Source of the DNA: Nitrososphaerota archaeon
GTDB lineage: Archaea > Thermoproteota > Nitrososphaeria > Nitrososphaerales > Gagatemarchaeaceae
Assembly: GCA_027887005.1 (NCBI GenBank)
Contig: JAPCJI010000008.1
Span: forward strand, 2,162-66,161
Length of the DNA: 64,000 nt
Direction of reading: 5' to 3'
Every line of letters starts with the position of its first letter. Within the stretch, counting starts at the first letter, position 1. The notes beneath the pieces were generated by a model that saw only the letters and a list, made by a program, of their open reading frames with translations, was not told the DNA's origin and did no database searches. Shown one piece after another: positions 19,742-28,548 of this stretch. A program made the translations under genes and the position numbers.

Positions 19742-20019
19742 GCTCCTATCTGGACCGAAGACTTCATTGTTGTCTGATGGAATCGGTGTTTGCAGGGATG
19801 TGAAAGAGAAAATGGACGAGAAAAACGTTTAGCCCACCTGGAGGGTCGTTGTCATGCGTAAAGCCAGCAAAGAGAATGTTTCCCCAGGTCTGCAAGGCTT
19901 AGACTGCATTGACTGCCCGAGGCACAACATCCGCTTTCAGTTTAGCAATCGCCTCTCCAGAATTGCCAATCTTGTGCAAGTCTTAATTATAGGAGGGTCG
20001 AAATGGGGACGAAGGAAAA

Positions 20020-20235
20020 ATGAGACGAGCGATTCCAATCGTAGTGGGCATCATACTTCTTCTGCTCGGAATTGTATGGGGGGCGCAGGGAGCCGGGGTA
20101 GCAGGGTCAAACAGTTACATGGACAGCAACCCGACCTTCATTAGCCTGGGCGCAGTTGTCGCCGTTATCGGGGTCGTGTTCATCGCCATCGGGACCTTCT
20201 GGAGAACCAAAACCGCCCCGTCTTCGACTTCGTAA
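20020..20235 (+). CDS. Small two-TM membrane protein
   Basis: GIVWGAQGAG..GSNSYM motif between two TM helices; TATA-like TTAATTATA at about 19983. Confidence 0.7.
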   Translation: MRRAIPIVVGIILLLLGIVWGAQGAGVAGSNSYMDSNPTFISLGAVVAVIGVVFIAIGTFWRTKTAPSSTS

Positions 20236-20292
20236 CCACACGCGATCGCCGCGGTTCAATGCACATCGGCTGCGGATTCCACCGAGACGATT

Positions 20293-21369
20293 CTAACCGA
20301 ATGTGAACGTGTAGAGTTTGAACCCGGGACCTGCGATTATCTCCAACTCATGCCATCCGTAGGAGGGCCCATTGACGATGTCGTAAAGCCTCGCCGAGCC
20401 TATGTTCACAGACGCAACGCCCTGATGCAGCATCACGTCGCTCCCGACGTATGTCGGAGACAGATTGTTGCCGTCCAACCTTACCTCTATCACACTGGAA
20501 TTCCCCTCCGCGACGACGTTGACGTTCTTGGCCTGGTAGATCAGGAACAGCTTCGAGCCGTTTCCAACCGACACCATGCCGTCAGGCGCGTTGTACCATT
20601 CGCCCGAGAAGTACACGGTGTTGTTCTGCATGTTCCCGGTGATGGTGTAGTCGACGACCTGTCTCGGTGAGAATCCCTGAGGGTTCCCTATCGATGACCT
20701 TGCTGTGTTGTAACCGACGTAGATCTCCGGGGTTCCTATCTTGCCGAAATCCACGCTGGTCGCGTTCACAGAGTTGGCAACCACCCCCGCGCTCACATTG
20801 TACCCCGCCTTCTGCAGCAACCCTATGATCAGCGTTTCGGTGGTGTTGTATCCCCCCTCTCCTATGTGCGTCTCCCTGATGTTTCCCTTCGCGTCTATGA
20901 GGTAGTCTGCCGGCCAGTAGTGGTTGTTGTAGGCGTTCCAGGTGGCGGAGTTGCTGTCCAAGGCGACGGGGTAGTTTATCCCGAACGACCTGACCGCTGC
21001 CAAGACGTTGCTGTAGTTCTTCTCAAACTGGAACTCGGGGGTGTGCACGCCTACGATCACCAGCCCGTTGTTCCCGTATTTGTCGAACCAAGCGTTGAGG
21101 TAAGGGATCGTCCGTATGCAGTTGATGCAGGAGTAGGTCCAGAAGTCCACCAGGACCACCTTCCCACTCAGCCCCGAAATGTTCAGGGGCTGGGTGTTGA
21201 TCCAGGCTGCTATGCCCTGAAAGTTCGGGGCCGGGCCAAGGTTGGGGAGGTTCGACACGTTTTCGACGGTTTGAGATGGGCTGAGAAACGGGAGTAGGAC
21301 CGACACACCTGCCGCAACTATCACGATGCCAACGATTCCAAATACGATCACGTACGCGTTGAGCCTCAT
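20293..21369 (-). CDS. Membrane-anchored DipZ-like thioredoxin (redoxin plus C-terminal beta domain)
   Basis: N-terminal TM, VDFWTYSCINC, GVHTPEFQFEK, YWPADY, GEGGY, TPEIY, YTFTFG end; many N-x-S/T sequons. Confidence 0.88.
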   Translation of the reverse strand: MRLNAYVIVFGIVGIVIVAAGVSVLLPFLSPSQTVENVSNLPNLGPAPNFQGIAAWINTQPLNISGLSGKVVLVDFWTYSCINCIRTIPYLNAWFDKYGNNGLVIVGVHTPEFQFEKNYSNVLAAVRSFGINYPVALDSNSATWNAYNNHYWPADYLIDAKGNIRETHIGEGGYNTTETLIIGLLQKAGYNVSAGVVANSVNATSVDFGKIGTPEIYVGYNTARSSIGNPQGFSPRQVVDYTITGNMQNNTVYFSGEWYNAPDGMVSVGNGSKLFLIYQAKNVNVVAEGNSSVIEVRLDGNNLSPTYVGSDVMLHQGVASVNIGSARLYDIVNGPSYGWHELEIIAGPGFKLYTFTFG

Positions 21370-22115
21370 CGTTTCGCCGCCTCCACTGAGGTGCCAGACA
21401 CGAACGCCAGGAATGCCGGCACGAGCGGCAGTATGCAGGGCGAGATGAAAGTCAGGAACCCCGCGGAGAGAGCGATCAGAAAGTTGAGCTGGGACTGGGC
21501 GAGTGGGTTTGCCAAAGAGCCCAGTGGGCCAACCCCATTTAGGAAGATCTGTAGGATTCCGATGTAGTTGGTGACCACGAGCAACCCCACCCCTATCAAG
21601 AACAGCCCGCTGACGACGTTGAAGTACCTCAGGAACCTCCCACTCTTCTTAAGAAACCCGGAGACCCTCGATACGAACGCGCCGGCTACGAGGAAGGGGA
21701 TGCCCAACCCAAGGGAGAACGCCATGAGGTATAGGAATCCTAGTCCGGGTGAGACGGCTGCGAGGGTGTAGACAGAGCCGAGAATCGCGCCCACGCAAGG
21801 GGTCCACCCTAGGGCGAAAGCGACCCCGAACGCTACTGACGTCACATAGTTGTTCTTGAACTTCCTCGGGCGAATCTTGTGCTCGACGCTGAAGAACGGT
21901 ATCGCGTACCTGACAGATGCGATCATGAGGATTCCGAAGACCACAATGACGGACCCACCGACCAATCTGATCGTGTTGATGGCACCGAGCGAAGCAGTGG
22001 AAAGAACAGTCTGCAGCAGCACCCCCACGATTGAAAACACGAAGGTAAACCCTAGAACGAAGAACACCGAATTCAGGAAGACCTCCTCTCTGGCCCTCGC
22101 CGGATCTGTCGACAT
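21366..22115 (-). CDS. ccdA: CcdA/DsbD-beta disulfide transporter, apparently circularly permuted
   Basis: FVLGF, GWTPCVGAILG, LGLGIPFL; the usual N-terminal SPC helix is at the C-terminus. Confidence 0.85.
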   Translation of the reverse strand: MSTDPARAREEVFLNSVFFVLGFTFVFSIVGVLLQTVLSTASLGAINTIRLVGGSVIVVFGILMIASVRYAIPFFSVEHKIRPRKFKNNYVTSVAFGVAFALGWTPCVGAILGSVYTLAAVSPGLGFLYLMAFSLGLGIPFLVAGAFVSRVSGFLKKSGRFLRYFNVVSGLFLIGVGLLVVTNYIGILQIFLNGVGPLGSLANPLAQSQLNFLIALSAGFLTFISPCILPLVPAFLAFVSGTSVEAAKR

Positions 22116-22288
22116 GTTGCCAGGTCACACGGGTCTCATTACAGGCGTTAGGCAGCCGCCTTGGTCGCGTCGTTCATAGCCAGAACTGGCTTGGAAAATG
22201 ACCTGCATGTTCTCAGTTTCTCACGTGGACTCCGATATTTATGGAGATAGCAGAGGCCGAACCTCAGGAGCGTCAGGGTTCCAGAAGT

Positions 22289-22311
22289 TGCCCCGGCCGG
22301 GAATATGAAAC
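22289..22311 (-). repeat. Degenerate copy of the tRNA-Glu 3' end (att-like)
   Basis: TGCCCCGGCCGGGA (22289-22302) is identical to 28549-28562; followed by a decayed T-loop, ATATGAAAC versus TTCGAACC. Confidence 0.75.
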
Positions 22312-22533
22312 TGCGCGTACGAGTTCCTGACGAGTTCTAAGCCCTGCGAGGCTCCGGGTCCGAATCCCCAAGCGGCCCCTCCCCGGTTTTCACAGCGGAC
22401 TCAGCGTAACACGTTGATGAGCATCTCTATGTCTCCCGCAAACAGATGCAAACAGGGTTCGAGTCAAATAAGCCATTGTAAGAACAGAGACGAAGTGCGG
22501 TGCCAGGATTCCCACTGGCATCACTGGGTTGGC

Positions 22534-23403
22534 TTAGCTAGGCAAATGCAGAGCTGCTTCAAGCTCGGTCGTCTGGCGAAGCCAGGTTGAGGGGAGGCTC
22601 ATGGCACTCGCAATAAGGCAGAACCCTCCAGCAGTAAACGGGATGAATGCCACCAGAAGGTCTACGAAGGGGTCGCCCGAGGACGGTATCAGAGTGGATT
22701 CTCTCAGGACACCAAAGAGTTCCAGCGCGAAGAACAAGCCGAACCACATCGCGTGTCTTCGGATTGCAGCATCCTTGCCCCTCAGAGCGAAGACAGGTAG
22801 GCCCACAGCACCCGCGGCAAAGGTGACGAAGGGCGGAAGCCAGAATGCCCCCTGTTGGGCTACGTGCTGCGTTGCTCCTGAAACGGTCACAGTGTACGTG
22901 GATGGGCTGAACAAGTACGCGACAGCTATGACGACGGAGACCACGAACGCGATCCATAGAACCGCCCGCAATTTCGTCTCGCGACCAGCGCGCTGGGATT
23001 GCGAGCCAATGCCCGCCACAGGAATCACCGTCCTGTCCACTCCGTAGAGCATCATCGCTGCCCCGACGTACACAATCATGAATTGCGCCTGTTGATAGAG
23101 GAAACCTCCGAGCAAGCCTGCTCTGAGAAGTGCCAGGAAAGAAGTCGCGCCGACGAAGACAATCGCGAACCCCAGGGCAGCGAGTCCTGTACCGGTGGCT
23201 CGAGCCCGCTGGCCCTGGTCGTTGAATTTGACCCTCACTCTGAGGGCGAATATGGCCGCTGTCAGCGCGACAATTATGATCAAGGCGGTCAATCCGTAGT
23301 ATGTGGGGTCAAAGACGACGTTTTCGAGGCTCGGCCCTGTGTTTGGCGAGATGCTTTCCGACGAAACGGCGACCGATTGCAGGATTCCTGGGAGTGGATT
23401 CAC
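22534..23403 (-). CDS. Multi-pass (about 7 TM) membrane protein of unknown function
   Basis: 289-aa ORF with repeated hydrophobic helices; GTG start. Confidence 0.7.
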   Translation of the reverse strand: MNPLPGILQSVAVSSESISPNTGPSLENVVFDPTYYGLTALIIIVALTAAIFALRVRVKFNDQGQRARATGTGLAALGFAIVFVGATSFLALLRAGLLGGFLYQQAQFMIVYVGAAMMLYGVDRTVIPVAGIGSQSQRAGRETKLRAVLWIAFVVSVVIAVAYLFSPSTYTVTVSGATQHVAQQGAFWLPPFVTFAAGAVGLPVFALRGKDAAIRRHAMWFGLFFALELFGVLRESTLIPSSGDPFVDLLVAFIPFTAGGFCLIASAMSLPSTWLRQTTELEAALHLPS

Positions 23404-23508
23404 GCCGGATTATGCAGACACCAAGTGAATACTTAACAAACCGTCTGGATGTAAAGTGGGGATAACGTCCACATCGGTTATATCTGCGAAGCGCCAGTAA
23501 CCGTAGAA

Positions 23509-23877
23509 ATGGACGGATCTGCCAAGGCGACTGAAGAAACTGTTGAGATGGGGCTAGGCGACCTTGAAGAAGCCTTGAGATTCGTGAAGGCGGACGCGTC
23601 AAACCTTCTGAGTGACCTTCTCAGGGGCATCTCCATGTGGGGCTTCACCGCCCTGATGGCGTTCCTTCTTGCCGCCATATGTCTCGTCCTTTCACAGGTC
23701 ATCCTCACCTATGCCCATCCATACGGTTCTCTCCCACCAATCCTCGACATCCTGTACGTCAGCTACGGATTCGCGATAGGGTCGGCATTTCTTGGCTTCG
23801 TCCTTTTCTGGAGATACTACTCGCTCAGGAAGAGATACGCGAGACTCTTTGAAATAGTGGGAAGCCTGCGCCGATAG
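23509..23877 (+). CDS. Two-TM hypothetical protein
   Basis: 122-aa ORF; TTATAT box at about 23478. Confidence 0.65.
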   Translation: MDGSAKATEETVEMGLGDLEEALRFVKADASNLLSDLLRGISMWGFTALMAFLLAAICLVLSQVILTYAHPYGSLPPILDILYVSYGFAIGSAFLGFVLFWRYYSLRKRYARLFEIVGSLRR

Positions 23878-23881
23878 AGAC

Positions 23882-24184
23882 GTGAGCTCTCTCCCCGGCG
23901 TCTCGAACAGAATACTTCAGTACCTCAACAAGATAAGTGACGAAGCGGGCAGAGCTAAGAGAATGGATTTCCTGAGAATTGCAGGGAACGAAGCCAACCT
24001 CGACGACTGGGTGAAGTACCTGGTCCAGTGCAATCTGGTAAGACTCGAGGTATCTCCGGCAGATGGAAGAACCACATACGTCATGACTGGATTCGGTCAT
24101 AAGGTGCATCAGATTTTGAAGGATTATCATTATCTCGGCCCACTCTTCGGCGACCTCAGCAGAAACAGGCGTAGGCGTCAATAG
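23882..24184 (+). CDS. Archaeal winged-helix DNA-binding protein
   Basis: RILQYL...LDDWVKYLVQCNLV...YVMTGFG..V wHTH pattern. Confidence 0.65.
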   Translation: MSSLPGVSNRILQYLNKISDEAGRAKRMDFLRIAGNEANLDDWVKYLVQCNLVRLEVSPADGRTTYVMTGFGHKVHQILKDYHYLGPLFGDLSRNRRRRQ

Positions 24185-24308
24185 GGAGCACACGAACGCA
24201 ATCGTAAGGCGTAAGGAAGTTTCAAGCGAGACTGCCACCAAGTCAGCGTTGAAATCCGAATTTGAGCAGGGAAGCGGAAAGGAAGGAGAAGTGAACCCGT
24301 AGGTTTGA

Positions 24309-24333
24309 TGCCCAGGCCGGGACCTGAGCACCC
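24309..24333 (-). repeat. Degenerate copy of the tRNA-Glu 3' end (att-like)
   Basis: TGCCCAGGCCGGGA matches 28549-28562 at 13/14 positions; intergenic. Confidence 0.6.
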
Positions 24334-24517
24334 ATATGGGTGCCCTTTCGTTCTGCCAGATGCTTGGGCAGGCGACCACGATATGGCGGCAACATGATTG
24401 CATTCATACCAGGGTTGTGCGGTCGCCGCGCAGTTGAACTTGGGTTCAAATCCTAACGGGATCCCCCTTCATGCTCGCTTCATGTGAGGATGCGCTCTGT
24501 CTGACACTACGCTTCCC

Positions 24518-25726
24518 ATGTCTGAGAAACGTGGACTGGCCGTAAATACGCTTCAACACGCCTCGTTGTCGAGAGATTTGGCTCCGCGAAAGCGGACCCC
24601 TCTACGGGCCCTCATAGTTATTTCCATTCTCATGCTACTTGTTCTTGTCAGCCTTCCCGAACAGCCCTTGGCAGTGTACGAGGGTTCCCTCCTGGGTTTA
24701 GTAGGGGTTTGGACCGTCGCTCTCTTCGTCTTTAGAAGCCGCAGCCATACGTTGCCGCAACGTCGGCAACAGCCTGAAAGGGAGCATACGAATCCGACTG
24801 TTCTCGCAGAAACCTCAGCGTCCTTGAGCCAACCAACTGTGGCTTCCAACGGTCTGCGAGAGGCGATGCGAAAACACCCGCTGTTCTGCTTCTTCTTGAT
24901 CGCCTACGCGTCCTCGTGGGTCGCTTTGATACCCGGCATCCTTTCGGTTTGGGGCTTCCTGCGGTTCGATTACACGATTTCATCCATCCTGAGCTCGTTT
25001 GCGGGACCGCCCGTGGCGGCCGTGATAATGACCTACATCACCGAGGGGAAAGCAGGCGTGAATGGCTTGCAGCGGCGTCTTAGACAACGAGGCGCCGGCA
25101 AGCCGTGGTATCTGTTCATACTGCCGTGCATTCCATCGCTGCTCTTGCTTGGGATAATTGTCCAGCCAGGAATGCTTGCGAGCTTTCAGGGTCTTACCCC
25201 CACCCTTTTGGTGACCTATCCTGCATACTTCTTCGTGGTCTTCTTTGGGGTTGCGCTGCCCGAGGAAATCGGTTGGCGCGGCTTCGCGCTACCCCGCATG
25301 CAACCACGCTATGGACCGCTTTGGGGTACTCTGCTTCTAGGCGTCCTGTGGTCCTTCTGGCACCTGCCCCGCTTCCTGGCGCCGGACCAAGGGGGCGGGC
25401 CAGGCACGGGCATCGCCACCTTCCTCACAAACTTTTCCGTCTTCTTTCTCTTGCTTCTGGCATTGGCGATTATCTTCACTTGGGTCTTCAACTATACCGG
25501 AGGAAGCGTCTTCATCTCCAATTTGTTGCATGCCAGTATCGATACCCCAGCAGCTGTCTGGATACCCCTCTTCGCTGCCGTGAACGTGACGAGCATAGAC
25601 TTGGCCAACCTCATCGCGTTTGGAGTGCCAGCACTTTTGATTCTCATCCTGACCCGGGGTCGGCTTGGATACAGACCAGTGATTATGGCTGCCCCGAGGA
25701 AAGCGGAGGTCGTGCTGCAACCGTAG
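24518..25726 (+). CDS. CPBP (Abi/CAAX type II) intramembrane metalloprotease
   Basis: PEEIGWRG, WSFWHLP, LLHASID; start uncertain (24518 or about 24866). Confidence 0.85.
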   Translation: MSEKRGLAVNTLQHASLSRDLAPRKRTPLRALIVISILMLLVLVSLPEQPLAVYEGSLLGLVGVWTVALFVFRSRSHTLPQRRQQPEREHTNPTVLAETSASLSQPTVASNGLREAMRKHPLFCFFLIAYASSWVALIPGILSVWGFLRFDYTISSILSSFAGPPVAAVIMTYITEGKAGVNGLQRRLRQRGAGKPWYLFILPCIPSLLLLGIIVQPGMLASFQGLTPTLLVTYPAYFFVVFFGVALPEEIGWRGFALPRMQPRYGPLWGTLLLGVLWSFWHLPRFLAPDQGGGPGTGIATFLTNFSVFFLLLLALAIIFTWVFNYTGGSVFISNLLHASIDTPAAVWIPLFAAVNVTSIDLANLIAFGVPALLILILTRGRLGYRPVIMAAPRKAEVVLQP

Positions 25727-25781
25727 CGATTGACTCCCTAAACTTCATAGTCACGTTTGCCCTGACCAGGGATATCGCACA

Positions 25782-26270
25782 ATGAGCAAGAATTCAACTC
25801 ATGTCATTCGACGCGTGAACGCGACGCGTGAAAGAATCTACCGCGCGCTTGTTGATCCGATTGCGATTGCCAAGTGGCGGGCGCCAAATGGGATGACAAT
25901 GCGCGTGCATTCATTTGAAGCTCGCGAGGGTGGCCCGTTTCGGATTTCCCTCGAATATGACGATCCAACATCGAAAGGCAAAACTAGCGCGCGCACTGAC
26001 ACATATCATGGTCGATTCGTAAAGCTAGTTCCAAATGAGCAAGTCGTCGAAGTGGACGAGTTTGAATCCATGGACCCCGCGCTTGCAGGCGAGATGACAA
26101 TAACGATTACGCTTGTGGGAGCGGGTGGAAGCACCGACGTCATTGGCATACACGAAGGACTACCGCCGGGAGTGTCAACCGCCGACAACGAGCAGGGTTG
26201 GCGAATGGCACTCGGAAAGCTCGCCAAAATGGTTGAGACCAAAGAAAAACGCACCCGTAGCAGAACTTGA
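25782..26270 (+). CDS. SRPBCC/AHSA1-like (START-fold) protein
   Basis: RIYRALVDP..IAKW..P, FEAREGG.FRISL, GRFVKLVPNE, NEQGWRMAL. Confidence 0.85.
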   Translation: MSKNSTHVIRRVNATRERIYRALVDPIAIAKWRAPNGMTMRVHSFEAREGGPFRISLEYDDPTSKGKTSARTDTYHGRFVKLVPNEQVVEVDEFESMDPALAGEMTITITLVGAGGSTDVIGIHEGLPPGVSTADNEQGWRMALGKLAKMVETKEKRTRSRT

Positions 26271-26338
26271 GAGGTCAAGGCTCTTGAACTTCTGACTCAT
26301 TGAAATGAATTGGGACGGTGGGGTTGGGTAGCAATAGT

Positions 26339-26350
26339 GTGCCCCGGCCG
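26339..26350 (-). repeat. Truncated copy of the tRNA-Glu 3' end (att-like)
   Basis: GTGCCCCGGCCG is identical to 28548-28559; GAATTGGG precedes both (26307 and 28521). Confidence 0.6.
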
Positions 26351-26491
26351 AGCTTAGCACCAACTAGCTAATTGCCCTGACATACTCTAGGTGAATGAAC
26401 CGGTAGGGAAAGGTCACCTTTGTGGACCATGCGTTAGCCCAGCCATCTTGAAAACCACCTCAAGACGACAATAGCAATAATGCTTGCGTGA

Positions 26492-28414
26492 TTAGAACGT
26501 CGCTCTCAGCTTCTGCATTAATGCCTGGTATCTAGGATCATCTCTTGATTTGGCCAGAAGTGGACAATACATCACGTACGCATATCGAATTGTGTGTTGG
26601 TCAAGTGCCAGATTGGCATAAGTGAAGTATGAATCGAGGTCCCCGAGAGCGTGGTAGATGAAGGCGATGTCATTCAGGTTCGTGGCTCCAAGCCACTTCT
26701 TCTCAATTTCTTGAATTACATCTAGGGCTCCTTTTCTGTCACCCGTGTAGCCAGCTATGAAGCCTCTCATCCATGTGGCCCAGCGATGAGTGGGGTCCAA
26801 CCTTTCTACTTTCGAATGAAACTCCCTCGCCTTTTCGACGTCACCTTTGTAGAGGTAATATTCGGTCATCGCTCTGTATGTGCCAGCGGGGGCGACCAGC
26901 ACCGTCTTCTCCCAGTGCTGCAGAGCCTTGTTCTCCATCCCAAGGTAGAAGTAGAACTGTCCAAGTCGCTCTGCGTAGCGCGCCAATACCGGATCTAGTC
27001 TGTAGCAACTCTCCGCGGCACTGATCCCTTCTTCCTTTTCGCCTCTCGTCAGAAAGACGTTGGACAGGACAAAGTGAGCCTCCGCAAGACTAGGGTTCAA
27101 TTCGATCGCACGTCTGGCTTCAGTTTCGCACCCTTGAATATCATCCTCTTGGAAGTGTACCCTTGCTAGAGTGGCATGCGCTTCGGCCAGTTCTGGGTCA
27201 ATTTGTAGGGCCTTTCTAACCGAGATATCTGCCTTGGGCATGTCCTGTTCATATGGCTCGTAGTTGTCGGTAACAAGCTCTGTGTAGGCCCAGGCAATTC
27301 CAGCATGAGCTTTGGCAAAGGTAGGATCAAGAGTTATCGCTCTTTCAAGTAATCCCAATGCCTGCCTCAAGGAGGATTCCGTCCTTTCGCGGATGAGCTC
27401 TCGTCCTCTCAAATACAGGGTGTAGGCCTCCGTGTTCTCTGTCGGCCTTCTTTCAATAACCCGTTTCTCATCCTCAACAAGTCGGATCTTGAGTTCCCCT
27501 GCGACCTTCTCAGCGATTTCAGATTGGATGGCAAAAACATCTTCCAATTGCCTGTCGTAATTCTGGGCCCAAATGTGACCTTCAGTCGCAGTGTCGATGA
27601 GCTGGGCAGTAATCCTGACCCTGTTTCCCGCCTTCCTCACGCTCCCTTCTAGCATGGTGCCTACCTCCAACTCCTTTCCAATCTCCTTCACTTTCTTCGT
27701 CGTCCCCTTGTATCCCATAACCGAAGTCCTAGCGATGACGGTGAGCTGCCTCACGCCGGATATTGAAGTGATGAGTTCCTCGGTCACGCCATCGGCGAAG
27801 TACCCCTCCTCTGGATCGGAGCTCAGGTTGGTGAATGGGAGAATTGCGATACGCTTCTTGTCCAATACAACGCCCATGGATTCCGGCCTCTCCCAAGGGA
27901 ACACCACCCTGAAAACCTCCAAGGATTCTCCGACGTTTTTCAGTTCTTTCTTGCCGATGCTGAGAAGTTGAAAATCAGATTTGTTCTTTACGTGGTCGTA
28001 CACATGCTCTGAAATGCAGACTCCTCCCGGCGTAGCAAGAGGTTCTATTCTGGAGGCAATGTTGACCGCGTCCCCGTATACATCGTTCTGACTGTGTATT
28101 ACGTCCCCTAGGTGGACACCTATTCGGAGAAATATCTTCCTATCCACGGGGCGACTTGAGTTGAGCTCATGCAGAGACTCCTGTACGTCGAAGGCGCACC
28201 TGACTGCCTCAAGGGCGCTTTCGAACTCTATGAGGAAAGCGTCGCCGATGGTTTTGACCTCTCTCCCGCCATGCCTCAAGAGCACGGGCCTGACGAGGAT
28301 ACGCTGTTCTTCCAAGAGTTCCATCGCAACTGCTTCATTCTTCTGCGTGAGGGATGTGTAACCAACTATGTCGGTGAACATTATCGCGGCGAGCCTTCGT
28401 TCCCCTTCTGACAC
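26492..28414 (-). CDS. Class III adenylate/guanylate cyclase with TolB-like and TPR domains
   Basis: RRLAAIMFTDIVGYT, KTIGDAF, RIGVHLGDV, DVYGDAVNIASRIE; IAILPF.NLS..YFADG.TEELI; TPR helices; GTG start at 28414. Confidence 0.9.
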   Translation of the reverse strand: MSEGERRLAAIMFTDIVGYTSLTQKNEAVAMELLEEQRILVRPVLLRHGGREVKTIGDAFLIEFESALEAVRCAFDVQESLHELNSSRPVDRKIFLRIGVHLGDVIHSQNDVYGDAVNIASRIEPLATPGGVCISEHVYDHVKNKSDFQLLSIGKKELKNVGESLEVFRVVFPWERPESMGVVLDKKRIAILPFTNLSSDPEEGYFADGVTEELITSISGVRQLTVIARTSVMGYKGTTKKVKEIGKELEVGTMLEGSVRKAGNRVRITAQLIDTATEGHIWAQNYDRQLEDVFAIQSEIAEKVAGELKIRLVEDEKRVIERRPTENTEAYTLYLRGRELIRERTESSLRQALGLLERAITLDPTFAKAHAGIAWAYTELVTDNYEPYEQDMPKADISVRKALQIDPELAEAHATLARVHFQEDDIQGCETEARRAIELNPSLAEAHFVLSNVFLTRGEKEEGISAAESCYRLDPVLARYAERLGQFYFYLGMENKALQHWEKTVLVAPAGTYRAMTEYYLYKGDVEKAREFHSKVERLDPTHRWATWMRGFIAGYTGDRKGALDVIQEIEKKWLGATNLNDIAFIYHALGDLDSYFTYANLALDQHTIRYAYVMYCPLLAKSRDDPRYQALMQKLRATF

Positions 28415-28548
28415 AGAAAACTCCAGTCGTTTGGCCGTACCACAGGTTAACTCTTTCGTAGAGACCCAGCAACATTGTGGATCACGACGACATGGTATGA
28501 TGCCCCTCTCCACTCTTGCAGAATTGGGCCTGTTTCATGTGAAAGACG

